IMG/VR virus record: IMGVR_UViG_3300022540_000472
Location: 18,978 to 82,977 of that record
Reading direction: 5' to 3' (one strand)
Origin: a virus
DNA: 64,000 bases
The notes below the pieces were generated by a model. That model had not been told where the DNA came from, did no database searches, and saw only the letters and a program-made list of their open reading frames with translations. This document shows positions 28,113 through 37,870 of the stretch, in pieces. The position numbers and the translations under genes were made by a program. Numbering within the stretch: position 1 is the stretch's first letter; each line of letters opens with the position of its first letter.

Positions 28113-29043
28113 TTATATTAAACTTCTTACAGAACAAGACAAAAAGAATCTTTCGCAAAAGGCGTTAAAAGTATGTGAAGAGGCTGGTGAGCTTGCAAAA
28201 GTTGTGTTGCCTTTTGACAATGCTCATGCGACGACTCATCGTTTTGTTGACCGTCAACGAATTCTTGAAGAAGTAGCTGACATTTATCTTACAAGTATTT
28301 CTGTAGCGTATGACCTTGGCTTCAGTGATGAAGAAATCGAAGAAATGATTTACAGAAAGAGTTTGAAGTGGGGTGATTTACAAAGTCGTGAAGATGTACT
28401 ATCAAGTAAATCTAACCCAGATAAAATTCCATATGAGATTCATGTAACTGTGGTAAATGCAAATAAAGAAATGTTTTATGCTGCTTGTAAGCAAATTGGA
28501 GTTAAACCAATTGTGCTTGATTTACAAACAAAAGACGGGAAGCATGTGTTTGAAGATGTTATGACATCATCAGTACATCTTGGTAACAATCGTTCAGCAT
28601 ATGAAGAAATGTCGCGAATAAGCAATGCATTGTCATTTGTTGGGACTGTTATTCGTGAAAAGATTGAAACAGTTCCTTGGCATCCAGCAGCACCATCAGA
28701 TGAACACATGAATCCAGTGATGCCTGCAGATTGTTACTTTGAATGCCATCTTGGTGTCAATATTAAAAATGATGCTGAGTATAATGATATTAAATGTGTT
28801 GCTTCAACGTGTGATGCTCATTTATCACGAAACATATTCAAGAAACATGATGATGGGTCTTCAACAGTTATGGTAACATATCGTAAGTATGATGGAACAT
28901 ATGAAGATTTCCAAAAAGGTATGAAATGGTTAAAATTAGAAATTGAAAGAACTGAATGTGAAATAGAAAAAACGATTATAGAGTTTTCGATTTATGATAC
29001 GAGAGTATCACATGACGCGGAGTGGATTAAAAATGAAAGTTAA
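28093..29043 (+). CDS. MazG-like pyrophosphohydrolase (copy 3) fused to an unassigned C-terminal domain
   Basis: LKVCEEAGELAK...LEEVADIYL; then about 215 aa with YEIHVTV and YFECHLGV motifs. Confidence 0.75.
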   Translation: MKQQTTDYIKLLTEQDKKNLSQKALKVCEEAGELAKVVLPFDNAHATTHRFVDRQRILEEVADIYLTSISVAYDLGFSDEEIEEMIYRKSLKWGDLQSREDVLSSKSNPDKIPYEIHVTVVNANKEMFYAACKQIGVKPIVLDLQTKDGKHVFEDVMTSSVHLGNNRSAYEEMSRISNALSFVGTVIREKIETVPWHPAAPSDEHMNPVMPADCYFECHLGVNIKNDAEYNDIKCVASTCDAHLSRNIFKKHDDGSSTVMVTYRKYDGTYEDFQKGMKWLKLEIERTECEIEKTIIEFSIYDTRVSHDAEWIKNES

Positions 29044-29290
29044 AGACCTTATCAAAGAACTACAACAAATGAATCCCGAATCAGAATTAATAATGCAAAA
29101 AGATTCTGAAGGTAATGGATACAGTCCACTAAGTGGTGCGGATGGGAATGCTGTATATATAGCCGATTCTACTTGGAGTGGTGAGGTATATGATACCAAG
29201 TGGAGTGCAGAAGATGCTGACATGGAAGAAGAAGAATGGGAAGAGATAAAATCTAAACCCGGATGTGTAGTGTTATATCCAATCAATTGA
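29033..29290 (+). CDS. Hypothetical protein
   Basis: MKVKDLIKELQ...DSEGNGYSP; coupled start. Confidence 0.7.
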   Translation: MKVKDLIKELQQMNPESELIMQKDSEGNGYSPLSGADGNAVYIADSTWSGEVYDTKWSAEDADMEEEEWEEIKSKPGCVVLYPIN

Positions 29291-29300
29291 GAAAAAAGAA

Positions 29301-30008
29301 ATGAATAAAGAAATTAAATGGTTACGAGATTTATATCTTGAAGACTTAGGAAAGACAGTTTGTTATGATGGCCATAACAAACGTCCTCGTGTGCGACACA
29401 TTGGTAATTGGGAAAGAATTAAAACAATTATTACAGAAGGACAAGAACAAGTTATACTTCCTCTTGCAGATAATGATGAGAGAGACGTATGGGTATGGAG
29501 TGATTTGCATTTCGGACATAAAAATATTATTCGATTTAGTGAACGTCCATTTGATGATACAGAACAAATGAATGAACATTTGATTGCAAACTTTAACGAA
29601 TATGTTAAACCAAATGATATAAGTTATTGGGTTGGTGACATTGCGTTTGGTGGTGATACATTTGCTAATAACATTCTTGACAGATGCAATGGATATAAAA
29701 TTCTCATTGTCGGCAATCATGATTTCCACAAACGGCATCTGCGTAATTTAAAATTTGATGAAGTCCACTTGCTTGGACATATTCAAATCGAAGATGTCGA
29801 TTTAGTTATGACTCACTATCCAATGGAAAACTTACCTCTTCCATATATTAACGTGCATGGCCATTTGCATGCAGGTGGTGGTTCACATGATGCAATGGAT
29901 ACACTGCAACATATAAATGTTAATTGTGAATTTCATAATTACAGACCAATCAATTTAAACGAATTAATGACAATGGCCAAAACAAGAAAAAATAGTATGG
30001 AGATTTAA
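29301..30008 (+). CDS. Calcineurin-like metallophosphoesterase
   Basis: SDLHFGH; VGD; GNHD; THYP; VHGHLH. Confidence 0.92.
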   Translation: MNKEIKWLRDLYLEDLGKTVCYDGHNKRPRVRHIGNWERIKTIITEGQEQVILPLADNDERDVWVWSDLHFGHKNIIRFSERPFDDTEQMNEHLIANFNEYVKPNDISYWVGDIAFGGDTFANNILDRCNGYKILIVGNHDFHKRHLRNLKFDEVHLLGHIQIEDVDLVMTHYPMENLPLPYINVHGHLHAGGGSHDAMDTLQHINVNCEFHNYRPINLNELMTMAKTRKNSMEI

Positions 30009-30185
30009 ATGGTATCAATTAAAGGATGGCCACCAAAGTTTCACATATGTGCAAACGGTGACCACACCGGACCTATCCCTTGTTGTCACAAGTGTATGAT
30101 TTGTGGTGAGCAAATAAAGAAATATTATTCAGGGTTCCATGAACAAATATGTTACGAGAAAAAAGAAAAGGAAAATAATGAATAG
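30009..30185 (+). CDS. Small Cys/His-rich protein (58 aa, not in the ORF track)
   Basis: GGAG RBS; HICANGDH..PCCHKCMICG...HEQIC; overlaps the next ATG. Confidence 0.55.
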   Translation: MVSIKGWPPKFHICANGDHTGPIPCCHKCMICGEQIKKYYSGFHEQICYEKKEKENNE

Positions 30186-31518
30186 TTCACAATACGTTAA
30201 TAACGAACGAAGAGAGTATTCACTGTATGTTCTACAGATGAGAGCTATCGCAGCAATATCTGATGGACTCAAAGCAGGTGGACGTCGCGTTTTATGGACA
30301 GCTCGGAATGGTCAAAAATTTAAAAGTGCTACGCTTGCTGGTGCAACAATGCCAATCCACCCACATGCTGCACCCGAAGGAGCAATTAATACGTTAGCTG
30401 CTCCTTATGGAAATAACATTCCTTTATTAAATGGAGATGGTGCTTTTGGTACTCTATTAAATCCTACTGCATATGGTGCCGCTCGTTACACAAGTGTTAA
30501 AGTATCTAAATTTACAAAAGATGTTATCTTTAGGGATATCGAAATCATTCCAATGGGTGAAAATTATGATGGTACGCTTGAAGAACCAAAACATTTTCTT
30601 CCATTAGTCCCAATTGTATTATTAAACCCAAGCGAAGGGATTGCTGTTGGTTTCGCATCAACTATTCTTCCTCGTGACCTTGAAGATATAATCAATTCAC
30701 AAATTGCTTATCTATCAAATAAAAAGTTTGAAGAGATGATGACTGCATTTATGCCTACGGATAACATAGCAGTAGATTGGATGGAAACAACAACAGGAAA
30801 TGTTAAATGGATATTTGAAGGTGCATTCAAAAAGATTAATGCATCTACAATACAAATTACAAAACTTCCATATAGTGTATCACATGAAAAGTTTACTGAC
30901 AATCTAATGAAGTTGGTAGATGATGGTAGCTTTGTTGTAGACTTTACAGATAGCTCCAAAGACAAATTTAACATTGAAGTTAAGTTCAAACGTGGTGCTA
31001 TTGATAATACCTCCAAAAAAGAAATGCTGAAAAAATTAAATTTAATTAATAGCGTATCAGAAAATATGAATGTTCTTGACTTTGATGGAAAATATGTTCT
31101 ATCAACCAATTACATTGAAGTAATTGGTAAGTTTTGTGATTGGAGATTGAAATGGTACAAGGACCGTTACGAACGACTTGCTGAACTTCTTCATATTGAC
31201 ATACAACGATACAAAGACATCATAACGGCAATTAAGCGTAACGTTGGTGGGACAGCTAAGAAAATAGGGTCAAAAAATGAGCTTAAGGATTTTTTGAAAG
31301 AAATAGGAATTATTCATATTGATTATATTGCTGAACTTCCTGTTTATAGGTTCACTGAAGATGAGAAAAATAAGGTGGAAGATAAATTAAAAGCTGCAAA
31401 TATCAAGATGAAAGAGCACAAGACCCTGTTGTCTTCTGAACCTGAAAGACGTAAAATATACGTTAAAGAGTTAAGGGAAATTTTACGAAAATATACAAAA
31501 GGTGAATATAATGAGTGA
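30178..31518 (+). CDS. Type II DNA topoisomerase, medium (GyrA-like; T4 gp52) subunit
   Basis: RAIAAISDGLK; HPHA; GDGAFG; GAARYT catalytic Tyr; GIAVGFAS.I. Confidence 0.95.
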   Translation: MNSSQYVNNERREYSLYVLQMRAIAAISDGLKAGGRRVLWTARNGQKFKSATLAGATMPIHPHAAPEGAINTLAAPYGNNIPLLNGDGAFGTLLNPTAYGAARYTSVKVSKFTKDVIFRDIEIIPMGENYDGTLEEPKHFLPLVPIVLLNPSEGIAVGFASTILPRDLEDIINSQIAYLSNKKFEEMMTAFMPTDNIAVDWMETTTGNVKWIFEGAFKKINASTIQITKLPYSVSHEKFTDNLMKLVDDGSFVVDFTDSSKDKFNIEVKFKRGAIDNTSKKEMLKKLNLINSVSENMNVLDFDGKYVLSTNYIEVIGKFCDWRLKWYKDRYERLAELLHIDIQRYKDIITAIKRNVGGTAKKIGSKNELKDFLKEIGIIHIDYIAELPVYRFTEDEKNKVEDKLKAANIKMKEHKTLLSSEPERRKIYVKELREILRKYTKGEYNE

Positions 31519-32503
31519 TACGGAAGACCTGCAAGAATTTAATGCAAAAGCAAAAAAGGGCCCAAACAGGGAAGATTCGGAAGTTGAAATTTGGTCGGAT
31601 GAACCTGCTATAACAGCATCACACATTGCTGAAAGTGCGGGTGCTAAAATGTGGGCAGTATATGGCAATGCATATAGTCCATGTGAGAAAGCAGTTAATG
31701 CACTTCCTCCTGGTCAATACACAATTGATGCATCTCAAGAACGTGGAATATTTTTCTCAAAGAAAGATGTTAACCTTGATGATTTAATGATTCTTCCTGA
31801 TAGTGCTTCTGAGGAAGTTATTGAAGGGATTGAAACTTTTTGGAAGAAGGAAGACCATTTCCGTAAATTTGGTTTCTTATGGAAACGTGGTGTAATGTTA
31901 TGGGGTCCTCCAGGTAGTGGCAAAACTTCTACCGTTCAATTAATTTCAAAAATGATTGTTGATAGAGGTGGACTTTCCGCTTATATTCAAAATCCTGAAC
32001 TTGGTGCTCGTGGTCTTGAATTGATGCGCCGAATAGAGCCTGACCGTCCTATCGTTGTCATTCTCGAAGACATTGACGCAATTGCTCAACGATACAGTGA
32101 AGCAGATTTACTTGCGTTATTAGATGGTGAATTACAAATTGATAACGTTATCTTTATTGCGACAACTAACTATCCTGAACGTCTTGATAAGCGATTAACT
32201 AATCGTCCAAGTCGTTTTGATATCGTTAAAAAAATTGGTATGCCTTCAACTGATGCTCGTCGTGTCTACATTAAAGCGACGAACAAAAGACTTGGGGGAA
32301 ATGAAAACCAAGCTGAACTTGAAATGTGGATTAAGCAAACCAAACAATTCTCCCTTGCACATATCAAAGAACTGATTATATCAGTTGAAGTATTTGAAGT
32401 ACCTTTGGAAAGTGCGGTTGAGCGTCTTCGTACAATGATGGACATTAACTTAAAATCCGAAGATGGATATGATAAGAAAAGTATGGGGTTTGGTCGTGAC
32501 TAA
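31511..32503 (+). CDS. AAA+ ATPase (classical AAA clade)
   Basis: KRGVMLWGPPGSGKT; VILEDID; second region of homology ATTNYPERLDKRLTNRPSRFD. Confidence 0.92.
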   Translation: MSDTEDLQEFNAKAKKGPNREDSEVEIWSDEPAITASHIAESAGAKMWAVYGNAYSPCEKAVNALPPGQYTIDASQERGIFFSKKDVNLDDLMILPDSASEEVIEGIETFWKKEDHFRKFGFLWKRGVMLWGPPGSGKTSTVQLISKMIVDRGGLSAYIQNPELGARGLELMRRIEPDRPIVVILEDIDAIAQRYSEADLLALLDGELQIDNVIFIATTNYPERLDKRLTNRPSRFDIVKKIGMPSTDARRVYIKATNKRLGGNENQAELEMWIKQTKQFSLAHIKELIISVEVFEVPLESAVERLRTMMDINLKSEDGYDKKSMGFGRD

Positions 32504-32741
32504 CCGACGCATACCAGAACGGTTATTCTATTTCTCCAGAAAGGACCTTCGGACATTACGAGCGAAGGTACGTTACGTCGATGAAGATATTAGTAATTCT
32601 ATAATATTAAAAATGACTAAAAGAGAGTTAGTCCACAAAATCGTTCTGAATGAGGTTGGACAAGAGGCATTTGATAATTATATTGAACAATGCAAAATCT
32701 GGGACAGTGAAAGAGCTTTTGTAGAATATGGGGTTCACTAA
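32496..32741 (+). CDS. Hypothetical protein
   Basis: GTG start overlapping the previous gene end. Confidence 0.6.
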   Translation: MTNRRIPERLFYFSRKDLRTLRAKVRYVDEDISNSIILKMTKRELVHKIVLNEVGQEAFDNYIEQCKIWDSERAFVEYGVH

Positions 32742-32742
32742 T

Positions 32743-33150
32743 ATGAGCGATGCACAAGAATTAGTTGCAGTAGCATATGACATTACAGGCAAACCTTCGT
32801 ATAATGGGTATGAAACTGTACATGAAGCACTCTGGAATCTTGAGCATGAGTTTCAAGTTCTAGAATTTGCAGACCGTATGCTTCTCTCTATTGATATACT
32901 AAATGATCTTGAGCCTCCAATATCCGAAGGTCGAAGTTTTATGTACACATTTGAATATGATTATGGTGATTTGCGTTGCTCAGTATATGATGTATATAAT
33001 ATAGAAGATCCCATCTTTGAAGCTTGGGGACGAGACCTTCTTGAAAAAGGAATAATGAAAGATAACTATGACTTGATAGGATTATTTAATTATCTCGTTA
33101 AAACAGGTGAGCTTCTCCCAGAAGATAAGCTCACCTTAATGCATTCTTAG
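32743..33150 (+). CDS. Hypothetical protein
   Basis: Last gene of the plus-strand run. Confidence 0.65.
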   Translation: MSDAQELVAVAYDITGKPSYNGYETVHEALWNLEHEFQVLEFADRMLLSIDILNDLEPPISEGRSFMYTFEYDYGDLRCSVYDVYNIEDPIFEAWGRDLLEKGIMKDNYDLIGLFNYLVKTGELLPEDKLTLMHS

Positions 33151-33701
33151 ATACCAAGTTCCTTTAATTGTTTAATCGTATTTGCTGCACTCGTGTGCAA
33201 TATTCCGATACCACCTGCTTTAACCCAAGGGTCAATTGACTTTTTCTTATCGTCAATAAGTATACGATTATCTCCAGCAAACTTTGGTCCTTTTTCTCCT
33301 GACTCTGCAACAACATTTACTTTAATATCACTTCCAAGATGGTCAACAATCCATTCCTTTTTCTGGTCACCAGCTGTTTTTACAGAATGACCAGTTGCAG
33401 TTAATATTTCTGGGTCGTGAACTTTAATATAATCCCATAGTACTCGAGCATCAGGCATTTCTTCTAACTCAAGCCAAAAGTCACCATCACCTTTACTATA
33501 TTTTTTTACAGCGTCCCACATTCTCTTTCTAACTTTCGGGTCTCTGTCATATGCTTCTTCACTGTAGTCGTCATCAATAAGTTCCTTAACACCTCTGATG
33601 AAGTCAACAAGAACACCATCCATGTCACAGAATATTTTATAATCTTGTGGACCAGCTTTTTCTTTTTGTCCTTCCGGCTCATATATTTCATCTAACTTCA
33701 T
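33147..33701 (-). CDS. HAD-family phosphatase (5'(3')-deoxyribonucleotidase-like)
   Basis: IFCDMDGVL; ILTA; QKKEW; ILIDD. Confidence 0.9.
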   Translation of the reverse strand: MKLDEIYEPEGQKEKAGPQDYKIFCDMDGVLVDFIRGVKELIDDDYSEEAYDRDPKVRKRMWDAVKKYSKGDGDFWLELEEMPDARVLWDYIKVHDPEILTATGHSVKTAGDQKKEWIVDHLGSDIKVNVVAESGEKGPKFAGDNRILIDDKKKSIDPWVKAGGIGILHTSAANTIKQLKELGI

Positions 33702-34090
33702 TTTAGAACCTCAGGAGTTATTTTAATTGGTGTTGATTCGACTTTATCGAATCCATCTTTTAGAATCTTATTTGAGTCAACAGGCTTTCTTCCTGCTGAA
33801 CGATCAATAGACCAAGTTATATGATACGTGCTTCCATCAGGACGTTCAGACTTACCATTTACGGCAACAACAAGTGCCTCTACACCTTTTCCATCATCCT
33901 TGTACCCAACCACTTCAATTGTAGCCGGTTGTTTTGGTTTAGGTGTATCTTTAGGTACACCAAATTTCAATGTGACATGATGTCCAATAAAATCTGGATA
34001 CTTTGGTGGGAACTTTTTTTGAAGCTCCCTTCGTGACTTGGAATCAAGAACCAATGCTGTATACATTTCGAATAACTCCTCTACTTTCAT
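33698..34090 (-). CDS. 2H phosphoesterase (tRNA-ligase CPDase / RNA-repair type)
   Basis: Two HxT motifs: GHHVTLKF and YHITWS. Confidence 0.75.
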   Translation of the reverse strand: MKVEELFEMYTALVLDSKSRRELQKKFPPKYPDFIGHHVTLKFGVPKDTPKPKQPATIEVVGYKDDGKGVEALVVAVNGKSERPDGSTYHITWSIDRSAGRKPVDSNKILKDGFDKVESTPIKITPEVLK

Positions 34091-34317
34091 GTTGACATGC
34101 TTACTTTAGTTCTTAGTGAATCAAAACTTAACTCATCACCATCGACAACTATCACAGGTACTGCCCGAACAGGGCGACCAACAACACTTTCAAGGTGTTC
34201 TTTTGATACATCTTCACCAACAACTTTATATTCATATTTGGCTTCATTCCCTTTCAAAAAAGCTAATACATTTTTGCAGTTAGGACAAACTGGGGTTCCA
34301 TAAATCGTAATTTTCAT
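34087..34317 (-). CDS. Glutaredoxin
   Basis: CPNC; VPVIVVDG; directly after nrdB. Confidence 0.9.
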   Translation of the reverse strand: MKITIYGTPVCPNCKNVLAFLKGNEAKYEYKVVGEDVSKEHLESVVGRPVRAVPVIVVDGDELSFDSLRTKVSMST

Positions 34318-34326
34318 TTTGTTTCC

Positions 34327-35448
34327 TTATAATTCTAAATCTTTTAATGATGATGCATCAACATCTTGGTTAATATCAGAAACCAAATAGCTTGAAATTT
34401 CTGATTCTTGTGGGGCGACTTGTACTTCTTTGCCACTAATCCAATTTTTAGTCCATGGTAATGGATCTGTTGTTGGGTAGTCAAAATCAATATCAAGTCC
34501 AATAGTTCTCATACGCTTAACACCTATGTGTTCAATATACTGACAAAGAATTTCTTCATTCAATCCAATCATTGACCCATCTTTGAAAAGGTATTTAGCC
34601 CATTCTTTTTCTTGACGTATCGCGTCCATAAACATTTGACGAACTTCGTCTCGTGTTTCTTCTTTTATCTTTTCATATATTGTGTCATCTTTTGGTAGTG
34701 TACGGAGCATATACTGTGTCGAACCAAGATGAAGGTTTTCATCGCGACAAATTAATTTAATGATTTTCGCATTACCTTCCAGCTTCTTCTGTTCAGCAAA
34801 GTTCCAACTACATGCAAACGAAACATAAAAACGAATACCTTCAAGAATGTTAATACTATTAAGGCAAAGCCATAACGCTTTTTTATGATTATATGAGTTG
34901 TAGTTACTTTCACAAGCAATTATACCCGTTTGTTCTGCTGCATATAATATATTCCACTTATGTAATTCATCATAATACTTTGATACATCAGCAGCACAAT
35001 CAAGAATTTCTGGAATAGAAGTTATCTGATTAAATATTTCTGATGGGTTAGGATAAATGTTTCGTATGATATGAGTATATGAACGACTATGAATAGTTTC
35101 ATTCGCTCCCCAAGCTTCAATCCAAGCTTCAATTTCTGGCAAAGAAGCAATTGGTAACAATATTAAATTTGGTCCGCGACCTTGAACGCTATCTAACAAA
35201 ATCTGACGAAACAAATTACTTGTAAAGATATGTTGTTCATGTTCTGTGAGGTCACGAAAGTCTAACTTGTCTTTTGATAAATCAACTTCTTCTGGTCGCC
35301 AGAAAAAACTTAACTGTTTTTCAGTAAAATTTTCAAAGGTTGGGTATTTTACTTCCTCGTATCGAGCAATCTCTGGACCACCATTTGGGTCTAAAAACAT
35401 TTTTGCTTTTAGATGATTGGTGGCATTTGTATTAAAAACTTTTGACAT
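34327..35448 (-). CDS. nrdB: Ribonucleotide reductase class Ia beta subunit
   Basis: FFWRPEEV; LLDSVQGR; ETIHSRSY; LEGIRFYVSF; RDENLH; APQESEISSY. Confidence 0.98.
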   Translation of the reverse strand: MSKVFNTNATNHLKAKMFLDPNGGPEIARYEEVKYPTFENFTEKQLSFFWRPEEVDLSKDKLDFRDLTEHEQHIFTSNLFRQILLDSVQGRGPNLILLPIASLPEIEAWIEAWGANETIHSRSYTHIIRNIYPNPSEIFNQITSIPEILDCAADVSKYYDELHKWNILYAAEQTGIIACESNYNSYNHKKALWLCLNSINILEGIRFYVSFACSWNFAEQKKLEGNAKIIKLICRDENLHLGSTQYMLRTLPKDDTIYEKIKEETRDEVRQMFMDAIRQEKEWAKYLFKDGSMIGLNEEILCQYIEHIGVKRMRTIGLDIDFDYPTTDPLPWTKNWISGKEVQVAPQESEISSYLVSDINQDVDASSLKDLEL

Positions 35449-35459
35449 ATTATTCTCTC

Positions 35460-37793
35460 TTATAATTTACATGCAGAACATTCTGATTCATCTTCGAATT
35501 CAATTTCACCTGCTCCATCATATGTGTTCTGATAGTATAATGTTTTGAGTCCGAGCTTATAAGCATATACCAAATCCTTAATCAATTCCGACATTGGTAC
35601 TTGATTACCTTCATAGTTCTCAGGATTGTAATGCGTATTCGTTGATATTGATTGGTCGACATATTTTTGAAAGATTGCTGCGATTTCTAAGTACCCACGA
35701 GTGTTCGGCATATCCCAAAGATATTCATATTTGTTTTTCAAGTGATGAATTTCTGGAACAACTTGAGACAATGCTCCATCTTTAGAACCCTTCACTGTCA
35801 CACAACTACGGGGTGGTTCAATTCCATTCGTAGCATTAATAATTTGTGAGCTTGATTCAACAGGCATCAGTGCCATTGTTGTCGAGTTCCGCATTCCATA
35901 TTTAAAAATATTTGCACGTAACGTGTTCCAATCCATTTTAAGTTTAGATGTTACTATATCATCAACAGCTTTTTTATATGTATCTACTGGTAGAATACCT
36001 TCTGCGTACTTTGTTTCATAAAACCAGGTACAAGAACCTTTTTCTTTCGCTAATTTATTGGATGCTTTAATTAAATAATATGAAAATGCTTCAGCGTATT
36101 CGTTTATTATTTCATTCGCTGACCCATCAGAGTATTTCATATTATTCTTTGCAATAAAATATGCAAGGTTACTAATACCGACTCCAAGTGACCGTCTATT
36201 CTTTGCTGGGATTTCAGCAGCAATCATCGGATAGTGCTGATAATCAAGTAACTCATCTAAAGCACGAACAGCTAACTCTGCAGGACGTTCCATATCTTCG
36301 GGACAAGTTAATGCTCCCATATTAATAGAAGACAATGTACACAAAGCAATCTCTCCATATTCTTCTTGAAACTCTTGGGCATCTCCATGCATTACATGAC
36401 TCATGTAGTCCCGTAGTCTACTTTTGCTTGTTAATGGAGCTGTTGGTAGAGTAATTTCTACACATAAGTTTGACATACGAACTGGACTTGTTTCTTCTAA
36501 GAAGGAGCTGTGCGTATTTGTATGGTCAACGTTTTGTATATAAATGCGGCCAGTGTTATTACGTTCCATCAATACACTTGATATAAGTTCAATTGCTGGG
36601 ATAACCTTCTTACGAACGCTATAAGCACGTTCATATTTTTCATATAATTCAGCAAACTTTTCTTGATCGTTAAAGAATGCTTCGTATAAATCTGGTACTT
36701 CATTAGGACTGAATAATGTAATGTTTTTGCCTTCAATCAATCGTTTGTATAAGTACCCATTAAACTGAACACCATAGTCCATATGGCGAACACGTGTTTC
36801 ATCCGTTCCTTTATTATTCTTTAATACTACAAGGTCTTCAGCTTCCAAATGCCACAACGGAAAGTAAACGGTCGAAGATGCACCACGAACACCACCTTGT
36901 GAACAACTCTTTAAAGCAGCTTGCAAATACTTGTAGAATGGAATGTTGCCTGTATGAAAAACTTCTCCACCTTTTACTGCAGACCCCTTAGCACGAATAC
37001 GTCCAGCATTAACTCCAATACCTGCACGACGTGAAGCATAATCAACAATAGACGAAGCTGTTTCATTTATGCTATCAAGACTGTCACCAGTTTCAATTAG
37101 AACACAAGAACTAAATTGTCTTGTTGGTGTACGGATACCTGCTAATACTGGTGTTGGTAATGTAATTGTAGATTTAGCACCTTTTGATATAGCATCATAA
37201 TAATCTTTAACATATTGCAATCTTGTTTCTTTTGGGTAGTTAGCAAACAATGTTGCAGCAATAAGAATATATGCCATTTGTGGTGTTTCAAAGTATTGAT
37301 TCTTTGTTCTATCTTGAACAAGATACTTTCCTCGAAATTGTTCAATTGCAGCATAAGTTAAAAGATTATCACGATTATGCTTAGCAATGTTGTTTAATCT
37401 ATCCCACTCATCTTCATCATAAAGCGCAAGCAATTCAGAATCATACTTCTTCAACTCAACGTTCTTTTTAACGTGGTCATATAAATGTGGAGGTGTGAAT
37501 GAATTATATACTTGCTTACGAAGTGTAATATTAACAAGATGCGCAGCAACGAACTGATAATTTGGAGTTTCTTCAGAAATCAAATCTGCTGCTGTCTTAA
37601 TTAATGTTTCGTGTATTTCTGATGTCTTTATTTTATCATAAAATTGTATGTGAGACTTAATTTCAATCTCGGAGACTGATACTCCATTTATTCCTTCTGT
37701 CGCCCAGAAAAGAACTTTGTGTACTTTTTCAAGGTCAAATATTTCTGTTGTGCCATCACGTTTAGTGACAACGATATCGTGGTTTGGAAGCAT
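35460..37793 (-). CDS. nrdA: Ribonucleotide reductase class Ia alpha subunit
   Basis: ATP cone VTKRDG; PTPVLAG; QFSSCVLI; QGGVRG; SNLCVEI; C-terminal CSAC. Confidence 0.98.
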   Translation of the reverse strand: MLPNHDIVVTKRDGTTEIFDLEKVHKVLFWATEGINGVSVSEIEIKSHIQFYDKIKTSEIHETLIKTAADLISEETPNYQFVAAHLVNITLRKQVYNSFTPPHLYDHVKKNVELKKYDSELLALYDEDEWDRLNNIAKHNRDNLLTYAAIEQFRGKYLVQDRTKNQYFETPQMAYILIAATLFANYPKETRLQYVKDYYDAISKGAKSTITLPTPVLAGIRTPTRQFSSCVLIETGDSLDSINETASSIVDYASRRAGIGVNAGRIRAKGSAVKGGEVFHTGNIPFYKYLQAALKSCSQGGVRGASSTVYFPLWHLEAEDLVVLKNNKGTDETRVRHMDYGVQFNGYLYKRLIEGKNITLFSPNEVPDLYEAFFNDQEKFAELYEKYERAYSVRKKVIPAIELISSVLMERNNTGRIYIQNVDHTNTHSSFLEETSPVRMSNLCVEITLPTAPLTSKSRLRDYMSHVMHGDAQEFQEEYGEIALCTLSSINMGALTCPEDMERPAELAVRALDELLDYQHYPMIAAEIPAKNRRSLGVGISNLAYFIAKNNMKYSDGSANEIINEYAEAFSYYLIKASNKLAKEKGSCTWFYETKYAEGILPVDTYKKAVDDIVTSKLKMDWNTLRANIFKYGMRNSTTMALMPVESSSQIINATNGIEPPRSCVTVKGSKDGALSQVVPEIHHLKNKYEYLWDMPNTRGYLEIAAIFQKYVDQSISTNTHYNPENYEGNQVPMSELIKDLVYAYKLGLKTLYYQNTYDGAGEIEFEDESECSACKL

Positions 37794-37870
37794 TCCTGCT
37801 TTACTCCTTCTTATTTTTATTATTATCCCAATCGCACTTAAACAATTGAGTGGAATTTATATCGGAAGAT

